Positions 1-13,566 are shown, numbered from the stretch's first letter. The stretch is 64,000 nt of DNA from Escherichia coli (GCF_045037415.1 NZ_CP173438.1), one strand, 5' to 3'. Notes: a model not told the origin generated them from the letters alone. Translations and numbers: made by a program.

Positions 1-10
1 AGGGCAAAAC

Positions 11-433
11 TCAGCTCACCGTCGAACACTTTCCCGCAGAAACAGGCTCTGCAGGCCCGGCGTCCTCTGCCTGTTCGGGGGCATTATTCACCACAAACTC
101 ATACATACCGGACAGCCGGTACACCACGTTTTCAGCATGAGAAATTGCCTCTGTGGGCCAGGTGGTAAGCACTTCCTGCTCAATCTGTTTAACGGCTTCA
201 TTCATGGACGGCATCTGCGTCTTCTTCGGATGGTTATGCCACAGGGACATCGCCACCAGAAACGCGCCGGTTCTGATGACGTCTTCCACAGTAACCTGCC
301 GGTTGCTGTCGGATCCCGCCGGTTCTGCCTGCCGTTTCATCAGGGCAAGATGCTCAATACGCTGCAGGGCTGACAGTTCAGAAAGCGTGACGGTCACGCC
401 GTTATATTCAAATGATTCGGTTTTCAGGAACAT
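11..433 (-). CDS. G: Tail assembly chaperone gpG
   Basis: 140-aa ORF MFLKTESFEYNGVTVTLSELSALQRIEHLALMKRQAE... matches recalled lambda G nearly residue for residue. Confidence 0.9.
   Translation of the reverse strand: MFLKTESFEYNGVTVTLSELSALQRIEHLALMKRQAEPAGSDSNRQVTVEDVIRTGAFLVAMSLWHNHPKKTQMPSMNEAVKQIEQEVLTTWPTEAISHAENVVYRLSGMYEFVVNNAPEQAEDAGPAEPVSAGKCSTVS
29..35 (-). other. Programmed -1 ribosomal frameshift slippery heptamer GGGAAAG for the G-T fusion
   Basis: Plus-strand ctttccc is the reverse complement of GGGAAAG and falls on the Gly-Lys codons near the 3' end of G, as in lambda; the gpT frame continues beyond the window start. Confidence 0.6.
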
Positions 434-448
434 CGCTGACTCTCCGGA

Positions 449-1189
449 TTAACTGGCGGTGACGGTGATTTCTGCAACCGCAGCAAACTCACCATTACCG
501 GATACAACCGGAATGTTGACCTTGCCTGCAGCAACGCCGTTCACGGTGATGGTCATACCGCTGACCGACACGGTGGCTTTTGTTTTATCCGCAGACACCG
601 CACGGAAGCTCTTGTCGGTTGCGCCCTCCGGCTGGAATGCCACGGTCAGCGTAGTGCTCTGCCCTTTCACTACGGAAGCACTGGCGGGTGTCACCGTCAT
701 GCCGGTTGTCGCCGTCACCGTGCTGCGATCTTCTGCCATCGACGGACGTCCCACGTTGGTGACTTTCACCGTGCGGGTGATCACTTCCTTCGCCGTCACC
801 GCCTTACCGATACTGCTGACCCAGCCGCGGAACACATCGACCGTGCCGTTCGGGAAGCGGATTTTATAGGCACGGGTATCCCCTTCATTAAACCACGCCA
901 GCAGCGCCTGCTGCCCCTGCTCTCCGGGCATCCACGCCAGCGTGAAGCTGGTATCTCCGGCAGATTTCTGCCCCTGCCCGGTCGCAGTCCAGTCCGCATC
1001 TTCATCATCGAGATAGCTGTCGTCATAGGACTCAGCGCTCAGTTCGCCGGGCGTCAGGTCTTTAACTTTAGCCAGACGCGACCAGTCAACGTCTGAAAGC
1101 GGGTTCGCATAAGGGTCACCGTTCCCCTTATAAACCCACAGGGTGGTCCCGGCCCCTTTCACCGGCATTACTGGATTTGGTACAGGCAT
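449..1189 (-). CDS. V: Major tail protein gpV with C-terminal Ig-like domain
   Basis: ORF 449..1219; [36 protein letters not shown]... matches lambda V; start placed at the internal Met that aligns with lambda. Confidence 0.9.
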   Translation of the reverse strand: MPVPNPVMPVKGAGTTLWVYKGNGDPYANPLSDVDWSRLAKVKDLTPGELSAESYDDSYLDDEDADWTATGQGQKSAGDTSFTLAWMPGEQGQQALLAWFNEGDTRAYKIRFPNGTVDVFRGWVSSIGKAVTAKEVITRTVKVTNVGRPSMAEDRSTVTATTGMTVTPASASVVKGQSTTLTVAFQPEGATDKSFRAVSADKTKATVSVSGMTITVNGVAAGKVNIPVVSGNGEFAAVAEITVTAS

Positions 1190-1196
1190 ATCGTCC

Positions 1197-1592
1197 TCAC
1201 ATTTCATAGGTAATGACATAAGTCAGATCGGCTGAACTCCACAGGCCCGCATCATCGTCGCGCCGGTAGTCATAGCCACTGGCCACCATACTGGTGATCA
1301 AATCTGACAGTGCCGGGACATCGCTCATCACCGGATAAATCCGGGACTCCATCCACGAATCCAGCTCTGAATCCGGCACCTGAGCAGGCAGGAAAACTTC
1401 AATATGCAGCTCCGCCTGCCAGGTATCGCTGTCCAGCTCTTCGCCCGTGTATTCAGCGCCGGTGAGATAAACGGCAACTGCCGGAAAATCCTCCTCATCA
1501 AAAACAGCGGGGCGACCATCAAAAAGCGTCGCCCCGGTGTCATGTTTTTCCAGTGCATCCAGTACGGCTGCACGGAGTTCTGTATGTTTCAT
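1197..1592 (-). CDS. U: Tail terminator protein gpU
   Basis: [56 protein letters not shown]... matches lambda U. Confidence 0.9.
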   Translation of the reverse strand: MKHTELRAAVLDALEKHDTGATLFDGRPAVFDEEDFPAVAVYLTGAEYTGEELDSDTWQAELHIEVFLPAQVPDSELDSWMESRIYPVMSDVPALSDLITSMVASGYDYRRDDDAGLWSSADLTYVITYEM

Positions 1593-2167
1593 CGCTTTAT
1601 TACCATCCTCAGTTGATGCTGCAGCGCATAGCCCAGCTCTTTCGGAAGACGTTCACGCCGTATCCGCTCAATATTCTGTTTAAACGCCGTGGTCAGCGGC
1701 ACTGCCATCGGGATTTTCACCACATCAATGGGGTAACGGTTTTTCCCGGCCACACGCTGCATGACATGCCATCGGCCATTTTTCAGTTGCTGAATAAACG
1801 CGCCGGGAATACGACGGTTTCCCACCACAAGCACGCTGTCGCCACCTTTCAGGGATGAACGCTGCCCCTTTTTACGACGCCTGCGTCGGGACAGGACAAC
1901 CCGCGCGTTACCCAGCCTGATTACGGGCAAATCCCCCCGGTTAACCTTGATTCTGGCCTGCGGATTTTTGACCGTGGCCCTTTTCAGCCTGGCCCTTTCC
2001 TTTACCAGTTTCCGGCGTACCTTTGTCTCACGGGCAACCTGTGACGCCGACTGCGATATCGCGGATGAAGCAACGCGGTTAATGGCCATTGCGGCGGCAC
2101 CGGGCACCGCCGTTCTGCTGATACGGCTGAGGTTTTCAACGGCCTGCTCAAGACCTTTTATGGCCAT
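1589..2167 (-). CDS. Z: Tail completion protein gpZ
   Basis: MAIKGLEQAVENLSRISRTAVPGAAAMAINRVASSAISQSASQVARETKVRRKLVKERARLK... matches lambda Z; overlaps the U start by 4 nt. Confidence 0.9.
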   Translation of the reverse strand: MAIKGLEQAVENLSRISRTAVPGAAAMAINRVASSAISQSASQVARETKVRRKLVKERARLKRATVKNPQARIKVNRGDLPVIRLGNARVVLSRRRRRKKGQRSSLKGGDSVLVVGNRRIPGAFIQQLKNGRWHVMQRVAGKNRYPIDVVKIPMAVPLTTAFKQNIERIRRERLPKELGYALQHQLRMVIKR

Positions 2168-2178
2168 ACATCCCCCCT

Positions 2179-2532
2179 TCAGCGACGACGGTTAACGGCA
2201 GGCGGCACGCCACGCCCAAGCCAGAGATGACAGCTTCCGCCATCATCCGTCGAAATCCGGTCTATCCAGAAGTTTTCCTCACCGATGGTCAGCGTGTCGC
2301 CGCGCCGCAGCTGCCGCACATCATCAGTCCGGACAAACAGGGACGGGCTGGAGCCTTCAACGCGCACGCCCTGTCCGGCATAGCTGATATTTTCAGGGTC
2401 ATCAAAAACACCACGTATTACTGCGCCGGACTGCTCACCGGATGTCATGGTGGCTGACGTTCCCATGTACCCGCGTATCGTTTCATCGGCGCGGACAATG
2501 GCAGCATCGAACAGGTTATCGAAATCAGCCAC
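2179..2532 (-). CDS. FII: Head-tail connector protein gpFII
   Basis: MADFDNLFDAAIVRADETIRGYMGTSATMTSGEQSGAVIRGVFDDPENISYAGQG... matches lambda FII. Confidence 0.9.
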   Translation of the reverse strand: MADFDNLFDAAIVRADETIRGYMGTSATMTSGEQSGAVIRGVFDDPENISYAGQGVRVEGSSPSLFVRTDDVRQLRRGDTLTIGEENFWIDRISTDDGGSCHLWLGRGVPPAVNRRR

Positions 2533-2543
2533 AGCGCCTCCCG

Positions 2544-2942
2544 TTATTGCATTCTGGCCAGGCCACGTTCTGTCATTTCGGCTGCCACACCGGCAGAGAC
2601 ACGGAACGCCGTTCCCGGAAGCACAAATGCCACAGGTTCATCCCGCGTGGCGTGAAGTGCATCAGTATGCAGCGTCACCAGTGCCACGACCGTGACCAGT
2701 TCAGACGTATCCAGAATCACGGTATCCGGCTGCGCTGATCCCACCTCATTTTCATGTCCGGTCAGCACATTTTCCCGGCTGAGAGGGGTGTCCTGACCGG
2801 CAGTTTCATCCGTGTCATCAAGCTCCTCTTCCAGCTCTGCCACACGGAGCGCCAGTTCTTCTTTCGTCCCCGTCAGGCTGACATCACGGTTCAGTTGTTC
2901 ACCCAGCGAGCGGAGACGGGCAATCAGTTCATCTTTCGTCAT
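2544..2942 (-). CDS. FI: DNA packaging protein gpFI
   Basis: ORF 2544..2981; start placed at internal MTKDELIARLRSLGEQLNRDVSLTGTKEELALRVAELEEELDD..., which matches lambda FI. Confidence 0.85.
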   Translation of the reverse strand: MTKDELIARLRSLGEQLNRDVSLTGTKEELALRVAELEEELDDTDETAGQDTPLSRENVLTGHENEVGSAQPDTVILDTSELVTVVALVTLHTDALHATRDEPVAFVLPGTAFRVSAGVAAEMTERGLARMQ

Positions 2943-2983
2943 GGACTCCTCCACAGAGAAACAATGGCCCCGAAGGGCCATGA

Positions 2984-4009
2984 TTACGCCAGTTGTACGG
3001 ACACGAACTCATCAGGGTCAGCCAGCAGCATCAGCGGTGCTGACTGAATCATGGTGAACTCACGCGCCGGATCGCCGGTGGTCACCCAGTTTTTCGGGTA
3101 ACGGGCAGAGGCGTTAATGCCTTCGAGCTGTGCGTCCGCATCCTGAATGCAGCCATAGGTGCGCAGACCGCGTGCCTGAGTGTTCCCCAGCACCATCGTG
3201 TTGTCCGGCAGGAAGTTCTTTTTGACGCCGTTTTCCACGTACTGTCCGGAATACACGACGATGGCCACATCGCCATACATCCCCTTATAGGACACCGCTT
3301 TACCCAGGTCTTTCACCGCTGTCTCCAGCTCGGAATTAGAACCACGACGGGTATCCAGCTTCTCCTTGACGGCTTTGAAGGAACGGAACAGCGCCCAGCC
3401 TTTCGGATCGAACACGATGATATTCACCACACCGCTGGCGTTCAGCGCGTAGGCTTCGATATCGTCGGTCGGGTCATACGTGGACTTGTCACGCTTGCTC
3501 CACTCCGTGCCGCCGGACTGCGTGATGTTATTCTCCTCACTGCGGCCCATATCCACCTCAACCGGATCGAAGGCTTCACCGGTCATGGTGTATTTGCCCT
3601 TAAGCACGGCAGAAACTGCCTGCATCTCTTCGACCTGAGCAATGGCCAGCTCTTCGTCACGCATGTTCTGCATGATGATGCGACGGCGGCGGTAAGCCGG
3701 GTCCACCAGATTCTGCGGATCTTCATCCGGCAGGCGACGCAGGGTCATCTGCGGATTCACTTCATGCTTCGGCTTGACATATCCCGGCGTAAATTCAGAG
3801 GTGGAGCCGCCACGGGAACGGATAACCTCACCGGAAACAATCGGCGAAACGTACAGCGCCATGTTTACCAGTCCCGGAATTTGTGAGAGATAGACTTTCT
3901 CCGTGGTGAAGGGATAGCTCTCACGGAAAAAGAGACGCAGAAACAGCGGATCAAACTTAAATTTCTGCTCATTTGCCGCCAGCAGCTGGGCGGTTGTGTA
4001 CATCGACAT
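2984..4009 (-). CDS. E: Major capsid protein gpE
   Basis: ORF 2984..4036; from MSMYTTAQLLAANEQKFKFDPLFLRLFFRESYPFTTEKVYLSQIPGLVNMALYVSP... matches lambda E over its full length. Confidence 0.95.
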   Translation of the reverse strand: MSMYTTAQLLAANEQKFKFDPLFLRLFFRESYPFTTEKVYLSQIPGLVNMALYVSPIVSGEVIRSRGGSTSEFTPGYVKPKHEVNPQMTLRRLPDEDPQNLVDPAYRRRRIIMQNMRDEELAIAQVEEMQAVSAVLKGKYTMTGEAFDPVEVDMGRSEENNITQSGGTEWSKRDKSTYDPTDDIEAYALNASGVVNIIVFDPKGWALFRSFKAVKEKLDTRRGSNSELETAVKDLGKAVSYKGMYGDVAIVVYSGQYVENGVKKNFLPDNTMVLGNTQARGLRTYGCIQDADAQLEGINASARYPKNWVTTGDPAREFTMIQSAPLMLLADPDEFVSVQLA

Positions 4010-4064
4010 AAAAAAATCCCGTAAAAAAAGCCGCACAGGCGGCCTTTAGTGATGAAGGGTAAAG

Positions 4065-4397
4065 TTAAACGATGCTGATTGCCGTTCCGGCAAACGCGGT
4101 CCGTTTTTTCGTCTCGTCGCTGGCAGCCTCCGGCCAGAGCACATCCTCATAACGGAACGTGCCGGACTTGTAGAACGTCAGCGTGGTGCTGGTCTGGTCA
4201 GCAGCAACCGCAAGAATGCCAACGGCAGCACCGTCGGTGGTGCCATCCCACGCAACCAGCTTACGGCTGGAGGTGTCCAGCATCAGCGGGGTCATTGCAG
4301 GCGCTTTCGCACTCAATCCGCCGGGCGCGGTTGCGGTATGAGCCGGGTCACTGTTGCCCAGCGGCTGGTAATGGGTAAAGGTTTCTTTGCTCGTCAT
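4065..4397 (-). CDS. D: Head decoration protein gpD
   Basis: [56 protein letters not shown]... matches lambda D. Confidence 0.9.
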   Translation of the reverse strand: MTSKETFTHYQPLGNSDPAHTATAPGGLSAKAPAMTPLMLDTSSRKLVAWDGTTDGAAVGILAVAADQTSTTLTFYKSGTFRYEDVLWPEAASDETKKRTAFAGTAISIV

Positions 4398-4406
4398 AAA
4401 CATCCC

Positions 4407-5012
4407 TTACACTGGTGTGTTCAGCAAATCGTTAACGGCATCAGATGCCAGGTTACCTGCAGCCAGCGGTGCCGGTGCCCCCTGCATCAGACGATCCAGC
4501 GCAGTGTCACTGCGCGCCTGTGCACTCTGTGGTGCAACTGCCAGAATGCGGCGGGCCGTTTCCACGGTCATACCAGGGGTTTCGGCCAGCACGCGTGCCT
4601 GTTCTTCGCGTCCGTGAGCTTCCTCACAGTTGAGGATCCCCATAATGCGACTGTTTTCTGCCGCAACCGCTGCGGTGATCTGCGCGTTCACGTCCGGCTG
4701 CGCAGCGCTGGCGTTCTCGCCCTCCGTCGCTGGCACCACGCCAGTAACGTCAGCCTGCGAAGCAGTGGCTGAAACAGTTGTTGATTGAGTCTCTTTGGTC
4801 ATTCGCCCTCCTGAGAGACGGGATTTACGTGCATCCAGTGCATCACGCATGACGGTGATCGCATCGGTACTGTTAACAAGTTCATCAGCCAGTCCGGCAT
4901 CAATGGCCTCCTGACCGCTGTACACTGCAGCCTCGGTATCCAGCACAGCCTGCACGGACAGGCCGGTATATGCCGACACCTTCTGTGCAAACATCCGGCG
5001 GGTTGCATCCAT
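4407..5012 (-). CDS. Nu3: Capsid scaffolding protein gpNu3, in-frame C-terminal part of C
   Basis: In lambda, Nu3 is the last about 201 codons of the C reading frame; an internal Met (MDATRRMFAQKVSAYTGL...) sits exactly 201 codons before the stop. Confidence 0.6.
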   Translation of the reverse strand: MDATRRMFAQKVSAYTGLSVQAVLDTEAAVYSGQEAIDAGLADELVNSTDAITVMRDALDARKSRLSGGRMTKETQSTTVSATASQADVTGVVPATEGENASAAQPDVNAQITAAVAAENSRIMGILNCEEAHGREEQARVLAETPGMTVETARRILAVAPQSAQARSDTALDRLMQGAPAPLAAGNLASDAVNDLLNTPV

Positions 5013-5706
5013 CCGGGACTGCAGTGTTTCCCGGACATCATCCGGTAGATGGCTGTAGGGGTTGCCATCCACCTTATGGCTGCCGCTGTAAATCAGCGTG
5101 ATTTCCACGCCCTGTTTCTCCAGCGCAGCACCGTAATTACTGTGAGCCATCATGACGCCGATGGAGCCTGTCCGGGCGGTCTGCGTGACCAGACGTCGGG
5201 AGGCGGCGCTGGCAAGCAACTGACCTGCACTGCAGTTCATGTCGTTGGCCAGCGCCCATACCGGCTTTATGTCACGCACACGGGCGATGATGTCAGCGCA
5301 GTCAAATGCCCCTGCCACCATCCCGCCTGGCGTATCCATATCGAGCAGAATGCCGTCCACCATCGGGTCGCTGGCAGCCTGTTGCAGACGGGCGATAATG
5401 CCGTTGTAACCGGTCATCCCCGAATACGGCTGCAGCGCTCGCGTCCGACTGACCAGCGTGCCGGACACCGGCAGCACGGCGATGCCGTTCATGACCTGAT
5501 AACTGCGGGCCTGTCGTGGTCCGTCATCATCAACGGATAACGCCAGCGCCGCGGGTGCCTCTCCGGCAGTCAGGCTGTCGCCGGATACCGCATCCGTCAG
5601 GCGGCTGATCCCAAGCTGGCCTGCAAGCGCACAAAAGAAAACCCGCGCATAGGCGGGTTCAAGCATCAGCGGCTCATTAAAGGCCATACTGGCAATATGC
5701 GGGAGA

Positions 5707-5729
<23 letters not shown>
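4407..5729 (-). CDS. C: Minor capsid protein / prohead protease gpC (S49 peptidase family)
   Basis: ORF 4407..5861; from (V)TAELRNLPHIASMAFNEPLMLEPAYARVFFCALAGQLGI... matches lambda C; probable GTG start overlapping the end of B. Confidence 0.85.
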
Positions 5730-9407
<3,678 letters not shown>

Positions 9408-9433
<26 letters not shown>

Positions 9434-9953
9434 TCAGCAACCCCGGTATCAGTTCATCCAGCGCGGCTGCTTTGTTCATGGCTTTGATGATATCCCGTTT
9501 CAGGAAATCAACATGTCGGTTTTCCAGTTCCGGAAAACGCCGCTGCACCGACAGGGGGATCCCGTCGAGAATACTGGCAATTTCACCTGCGATCCGCGAC
9601 AGCACGAAAGTACAGAATGCGGTTTCCACCACTTCAGCGGAGTCTCTGGCATTTTTCAGCTCCTGTGCGTCGGCCTGCGCACGCGTAAGTCGATGGCGTT
9701 CGTACTCAATAGTCCCTGGCTGGAGATCTGTCTCGCTGGCCTGTCGCAGTTCTTCAACCTCCCGGCGCAGCTTTTCGTTCTCAATTTCAGCATCCCTTTC
9801 GGCATACCATTTTATGACGTCGGCAGAGTCATAAAGCACCTCATTACCCTTCCCACCGCCTCGCAGAACGGGCATTCCCTGCTCCTGCCAGTTCTGAATA
9901 GTACGGATACTCGCGCCGAAAATGTCAGCCAGCTGCTTTTTGTTGACTTCCAT
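9408..9953 (-). CDS. Nu1: Terminase small subunit gpNu1
   Basis: 181 aa, MEVNKKQLADIFGASIRTIQNWQEQGMPVLRGGGKGNEVLYDSADVIKWYAERD... matches lambda Nu1. Confidence 0.95.
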
Positions 9954-10130
9954 TGTTCATTCCACGGACAAAAACAGAGAAAGGAAACGACAGAGGCCAA
10001 AAAGCCCGTTTTCAGCACCTGTCGTTTCCTTTCTTTTCAGGGAGTGTTTTAAATAAAAACATTAAGTTACGGCGAAGAAGAACGGAAACGCCTTAAACCG
10101 GAAAATTTTCATAAATAGCGAAAACCCGCG

Positions 10131-10142
10131 AGGTCGCCGCCC
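10131..10142. other. cos site: 12-nt cohesive-end sequence (cosN), with cosB-like sequence toward Nu1
   Basis: aggtcgccgccc is the reverse complement of the lambda cohesive end GGGCGGCGACCT; flanking sequence (cgcgggttttcgctatttatgaaaattttcc, reverse complement) matches the lambda left end. Confidence 0.85.
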
Positions 10143-10290
10143 CGTAACCTGTTGGATCGACGGAAAGGACCCGAAAACGAGAATAATTATCACTTACAGC
10201 AAGAATCGAATCTGATCTATTATGGTGCTTGCTATTATGTGCCGGCACAAGTGCGTCGTTTACCGTCATTTCACACAGAGGCATCATCAA

Positions 10291-10542
10291 ATGAAAATCA
10301 GAAATATTCTCGCTATCTCCCTTGCGACATCATCCTTCAGTTGCCTGGCATTTAAATCCTCGCCCAATGTGCTACCAGGACCAACGAATCAACTAACTGC
10401 GGTAGAAAGTAAAATTATCGGACATTTTTATGCCCCACACAGTACATTACCCGGAACAACCATCACAGGGACATGTGACGCCTCCCCCGTCCCGGGATGC
10501 ACCTGTCCGTTTTGTACTATGCTGCGTAGCCAAAACCGATAA
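10291..10542 (+). CDS. Hypothetical small secreted Cys-containing protein (predicted signal peptide)
   Basis: ATG at 10291 in frame with ORF 10222..10542; MKIRNILAISLATSSFSCLAFKSS... has a hydrophobic N-terminus; weak GAGG upstream; low GC; no homolog recognised. Confidence 0.35.
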   Translation: MKIRNILAISLATSSFSCLAFKSSPNVLPGPTNQLTAVESKIIGHFYAPHSTLPGTTITGTCDASPVPGCTCPFCTMLRSQNR

Positions 10543-10603
10543 CATCCGCATTTACCTGGTATTCCATGATGAGTTCACGCAGCGACTGATAGAGGAAGGA
10601 AAG

Positions 10604-10783
10604 ATGGTTAGTAAAAGCAAGGCGCATTGCCGCCGCATGCTGCAGGCATTGCAACAGACGAGAGCAGGTATTTTTGACCAGTTGGAAAACTGCCAGCATA
10701 CTTTGCCCGAGTATATCGCCATCTCATCGGAAACCAGTGCAACTCTTATTCATCGGGTTCCACCAGAGAAAAAGAAGAAATGA
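10604..10783 (+). CDS. Hypothetical small protein (59 aa)
   Basis: ATG at 10604 preceded by gaggaaggaaag (Shine-Dalgarno-like); in frame with ORF 10430..10783; MVSKSKAHCRRMLQALQQTRAGIFDQLENCQHTLPEYIAISSETSATLIHRVPPEKKKK. Confidence 0.3.
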   Translation: MVSKSKAHCRRMLQALQQTRAGIFDQLENCQHTLPEYIAISSETSATLIHRVPPEKKKK

Positions 10784-10905
10784 ACAGTGAGGCGTTGTGT
10801 GGCATACAACGCCTTCTTCCATCATTCCTCGTCAGCCATGACAAAAATATAACCGCTGGCTCTTTCATTTTTCTCCTGCTTCCAGCCCCTCTCTACCTGG
10901 AAGCA

Positions 10906-11232
10906 TCAAGGACGTGACGGCGTAAAGATAAATTGTCTCTTCACTCCCTGACAGGGGCGATTCTTTTCAAATCGCCATTTCGCCATGGCCTTCACCACTT
11001 CATCACGAAACAAATTATGAGGCTCTGAGCGGAGAAAAACGATCCGTGTCACAGTCCCATCAGCACCAATATCGAACTTAACCTCAACCAGCCCCTTGAT
11101 ATAATTTGCTGCAGCATATTCCGGATATCGTGGATACACCGTCACTAATTGCCGGGGCTCATCAGCTTTTTGCTGCGAGCATCCCACTGCCAGGACAGAT
11201 AACAGAAAAAGTAGTAAAAGGCGTCTTTTCAT
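10906..11232 (-). CDS. Lipoprotein with TonB C-terminal-like domain (prophage accessory gene)
   Basis: ORF 10906..11286; start at MKRRLLLLFLLSVLAVGC (lipobox AVGC) preceded by AGGA; the C-terminal region (YPRYPEYAAANYIKGLVEVKFDIGADGTVTRIVFLRSEPHNLFRDEVVKAMAKWRF) has the TonB_C-like motif pattern. Confidence 0.6.
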   Translation of the reverse strand: MKRRLLLLFLLSVLAVGCSQQKADEPRQLVTVYPRYPEYAAANYIKGLVEVKFDIGADGTVTRIVFLRSEPHNLFRDEVVKAMAKWRFEKNRPCQGVKRQFIFTPSRP

Positions 11233-11712
11233 TTTTATTCCTACGGGTCTTATTCTGACAATATATCCTGTGTTCCAGACTGCCACATCACCACATCCTG
11301 TGCCATTATCTGACTCACATTACATACATCGCATCGGGATACAGTAGTAGCACTTTCTGTAATACAGCTTCCTGTTTCTTCCACCATCGCACCGGGATAA
11401 ACCCGCGAATCATTAACGCGGTAAAAACCCGGTGTGCATCGTTTTTAATTATTCCCGCACACTCACGCAGAAGGAATTCCCCGTCGGGCTACGGTCATGG
11501 TTAATGCGGGAATACGGCGACGATACAGCGCAGCTAAAAGGGTAATGGACGGATAGACCGGTTTATTTCATTCCACAGGATTCTGAGTGTCCCCAACTTC
11601 CTCCAATAGTCTGAGCCCACCTGTGTAGTTTTAATTTTCATCAATCCATTTAACTATCGTTTAATTGTTGTCACATAGGATTCTGCCGTTTTTAACAATG
11701 CAGGATAATAAG

Positions 11713-12006
11713 ATGAAAAAAATGTTGTTTTCTGCCGCTCTGGCAATGCTTATTACAGGATGTGCTCAACAGACGTTTACTGTTGGAAACAAACCTACAG
11801 CAGTAACACCAAAGGAAACCATCACCCATCATTTCTTCGTTTCGGGAATTGGGCAGAAGAAAACTGTCGATGCAGCAAAAATTTGTGGTGGTGCAGAAAA
11901 TGTTGTTAAAACAGAAACCCAGCAAACATTCGTAAATGGATTGCTCGGTTTTATTACTTTAGGCATTTATACTCCGCTGGAAGCGCGTGTGTATTGCTCA
12001 CAATAA
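11713..12006 (+). CDS. bor: Bor outer-membrane lipoprotein (serum-resistance, Iss family)
   Basis: MKKMLFSAALAMLITGCAQQTFTVGNKPTAVTPKETITHHFFVSGIGQKKTVDAAKICGGAENVVKTETQQTFVNGLLGFITLGIYTPLEARVYCSQ matches lambda Bor; lipobox ITGC. Confidence 0.9.
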   Translation: MKKMLFSAALAMLITGCAQQTFTVGNKPTAVTPKETITHHFFVSGIGQKKTVDAAKICGGAENVVKTETQQTFVNGLLGFITLGIYTPLEARVYCSQ

Positions 12007-12037
12007 TTGCATGAGTTGCCCATCGATATGGGCAGCT

Positions 12038-12499
12038 CTATCTGCACTGCTCATTAATATACTTCTGGGTTCCTTCCAGTTGTTTTTGCATAGTGATCAG
12101 CCTCTCTCTGAGGGTGAAATAATCCCGTTCAGCGGTGTCTGCCAGTCGGGGGGAGGCTGCATTATCCACGCCGGAGGCGGTGGTGGCTTCACGCACTGAC
12201 TGACAGACTGCTTTGATGTGCAACCGACGACGACCAGCGGCAACATCATCACGCAGAGCATCATTTTCAGCTTTCGCATCAGCTAACTCCTTCGTGTATT
12301 TTGCATCGAGCGCAGCAACATCACGCTGACGCATCTGTATGTCAGTAATTGCCGCGTTCGCCAGCGTCAGTTCTCTGGCATTTTTGTCGCGCTGGGCTTT
12401 GTAGGTAATCGCGTTATCGCGGTAATGATTAACCGCCCATGAAAGGCAGACGATGACGCAGATAACCAGAGCGGAGATAATCGCGGTTATTCTGCTCAT
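12038..12499 (-). CDS. Rz: Inner-membrane spanin Rz
   Basis: 153 aa, [51 protein letters not shown]... matches lambda Rz. Confidence 0.9.
   Translation of the reverse strand: MSRITAIISALVICVIVCLSWAVNHYRDNAITYKAQRDKNARELTLANAAITDIQMRQRDVAALDAKYTKELADAKAENDALRDDVAAGRRRLHIKAVCQSVREATTASGVDNAASPRLADTAERDYFTLRERLITMQKQLEGTQKYINEQCR
12097..12279 (-). CDS. Rz1: Outer-membrane lipoprotein spanin Rz1, embedded in Rz in the +1 frame
   Basis: 60 aa, [60 protein letters not shown] matches lambda Rz1; lipobox and proline-rich segment. Confidence 0.85.
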   Translation of the reverse strand: MRKLKMMLCVMMLPLVVVGCTSKQSVSQCVKPPPPPAWIMQPPPDWQTPLNGIISPSERG

Positions 12500-12972
12500 A
12501 CCTCACTCTCTCTGAGCGTTCCGCCAGCTTCTTTGAATTTTGCAATCAGGCTGTCAGCCTTATGCTCGAACTGACCATAACCAGCGCCCGGCAGTGAAGC
12601 CCAGATATTGCTGCAACGGTCGATTGCCTGACGGATATCACCGCGATCAATCATCGGTAAAGCACCACGCTCTTTAATCTGCTGTAATGCCACTGCGTCC
12701 TGGCTTTTGGGGGAGAAGTCTTTCAAACCAAGCTGTTTACGGTAAGCATCCCACCAGCGTGAAAGAAGCTGATAACGTCCGGCGGCTGTTGATTTGAGTT
12801 TGGGGTGTAGCGTGACAAGTTTGCGAGGGTGATCGGAGTAATCAGTAAACAGTTCGCCGCCAACAATAACATCATAACCGTGGTTACGTGTCGGTTGTCG
12901 CCCGTTATCCGTTCCTTCTGACCACGCCAACATATCGAGGAAGGCTTTACGCTGAGGATTAAGATTTTGCAT
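12496..12972 (-). CDS. R: Endolysin R (lytic transglycosylase)
   Basis: 158 aa, ...[80 protein letters not shown]... matches lambda R. Confidence 0.9.
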   Translation of the reverse strand: MQNLNPQRKAFLDMLAWSEGTDNGRQPTRNHGYDVIVGGELFTDYSDHPRKLVTLHPKLKSTAAGRYQLLSRWWDAYRKQLGLKDFSPKSQDAVALQQIKERGALPMIDRGDIRQAIDRCSNIWASLPGAGYGQFEHKADSLIAKFKEAGGTLRESEV

Positions 12973-13276
12973 TTTTCACCCCTGTCAGTCGTTCCCAGAA
13001 GTACGTCAGTGCAACCGAACCCATCGCACCACTAATCCCCGCTGTCGCGAGAATCATGTAAATACTGAATCCACTTTCGATGCTGATCAGGCCACCAATA
13101 ACACCGGTGAATCCTGATACCACTATTTGAGCCAGAGCATTTATCCAACTCCACGTTGCTTTACTCTGCTTCACATCTATCAGGTAGCGGACCAGACCGC
13201 CCCAACCTGCGATGATCAGCAAAACGAGCCAGAACGCTCCGGCAAGGCTCTCTTTTTCGTGCATATGAATAGCCAA
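12959..13276 (-). CDS. Holin, not the lambda S sequence type
   Basis: 105 aa directly upstream of R with a 14-nt overlap; hydrophobic segments (GAFWLVLLIIAGWGGLV, AQIVVSGFTGVIGGLI, IYMILATAGISGAMGSVAL); possible dual start MAIHM; differs from recalled lambda S. Confidence 0.7.
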   Translation of the reverse strand: MAIHMHEKESLAGAFWLVLLIIAGWGGLVRYLIDVKQSKATWSWINALAQIVVSGFTGVIGGLISIESGFSIYMILATAGISGAMGSVALTYFWERLTGVKNAKS

Positions 13277-13378
13277 TGTTTCGCCGCCGACAAAAGGCCG
13301 GGACGTTAAATGTCAGAAATCAGGCTCACGGGGTAATTTAACGACAAAGCACGGAGTTGATGCTCCCCGCAAGCCTGG

Positions 13379-13404
13379 AATAAAAAAGCCAGCATGTAGC
13401 TGGC
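13379..13404 (-). terminator. Rho-independent terminator (tR'-like) between the late promoter and the holin
   Basis: Minus-strand hairpin GCCAGC-TACAT-GCTGGC followed by UUUUUUAUU (plus strand aataaaaaagccagcatgtagctggc). Confidence 0.6.
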
Positions 13405-13566
13405 AACAGAGGGTTAAGCAATATCAACTCAACAGCTGAAGACACCCTGGCTGGGGTAGGTTGGAAGGCTACTCACCGTTCAGAAACAGAAAAGCCCAAG
13501 GCTTTAAACCTCGGGCTTGAATTTGGATTACTGCCAGTGCGTACAACATTGGCAAAATATCAGATT

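Noticed and set aside
10093-10290. 65-aa minus-strand ORF spanning cos
   Set aside because: Overlaps the cohesive-end site and cosB region, has no ribosome-binding site, and corresponds to non-coding sequence in lambda.
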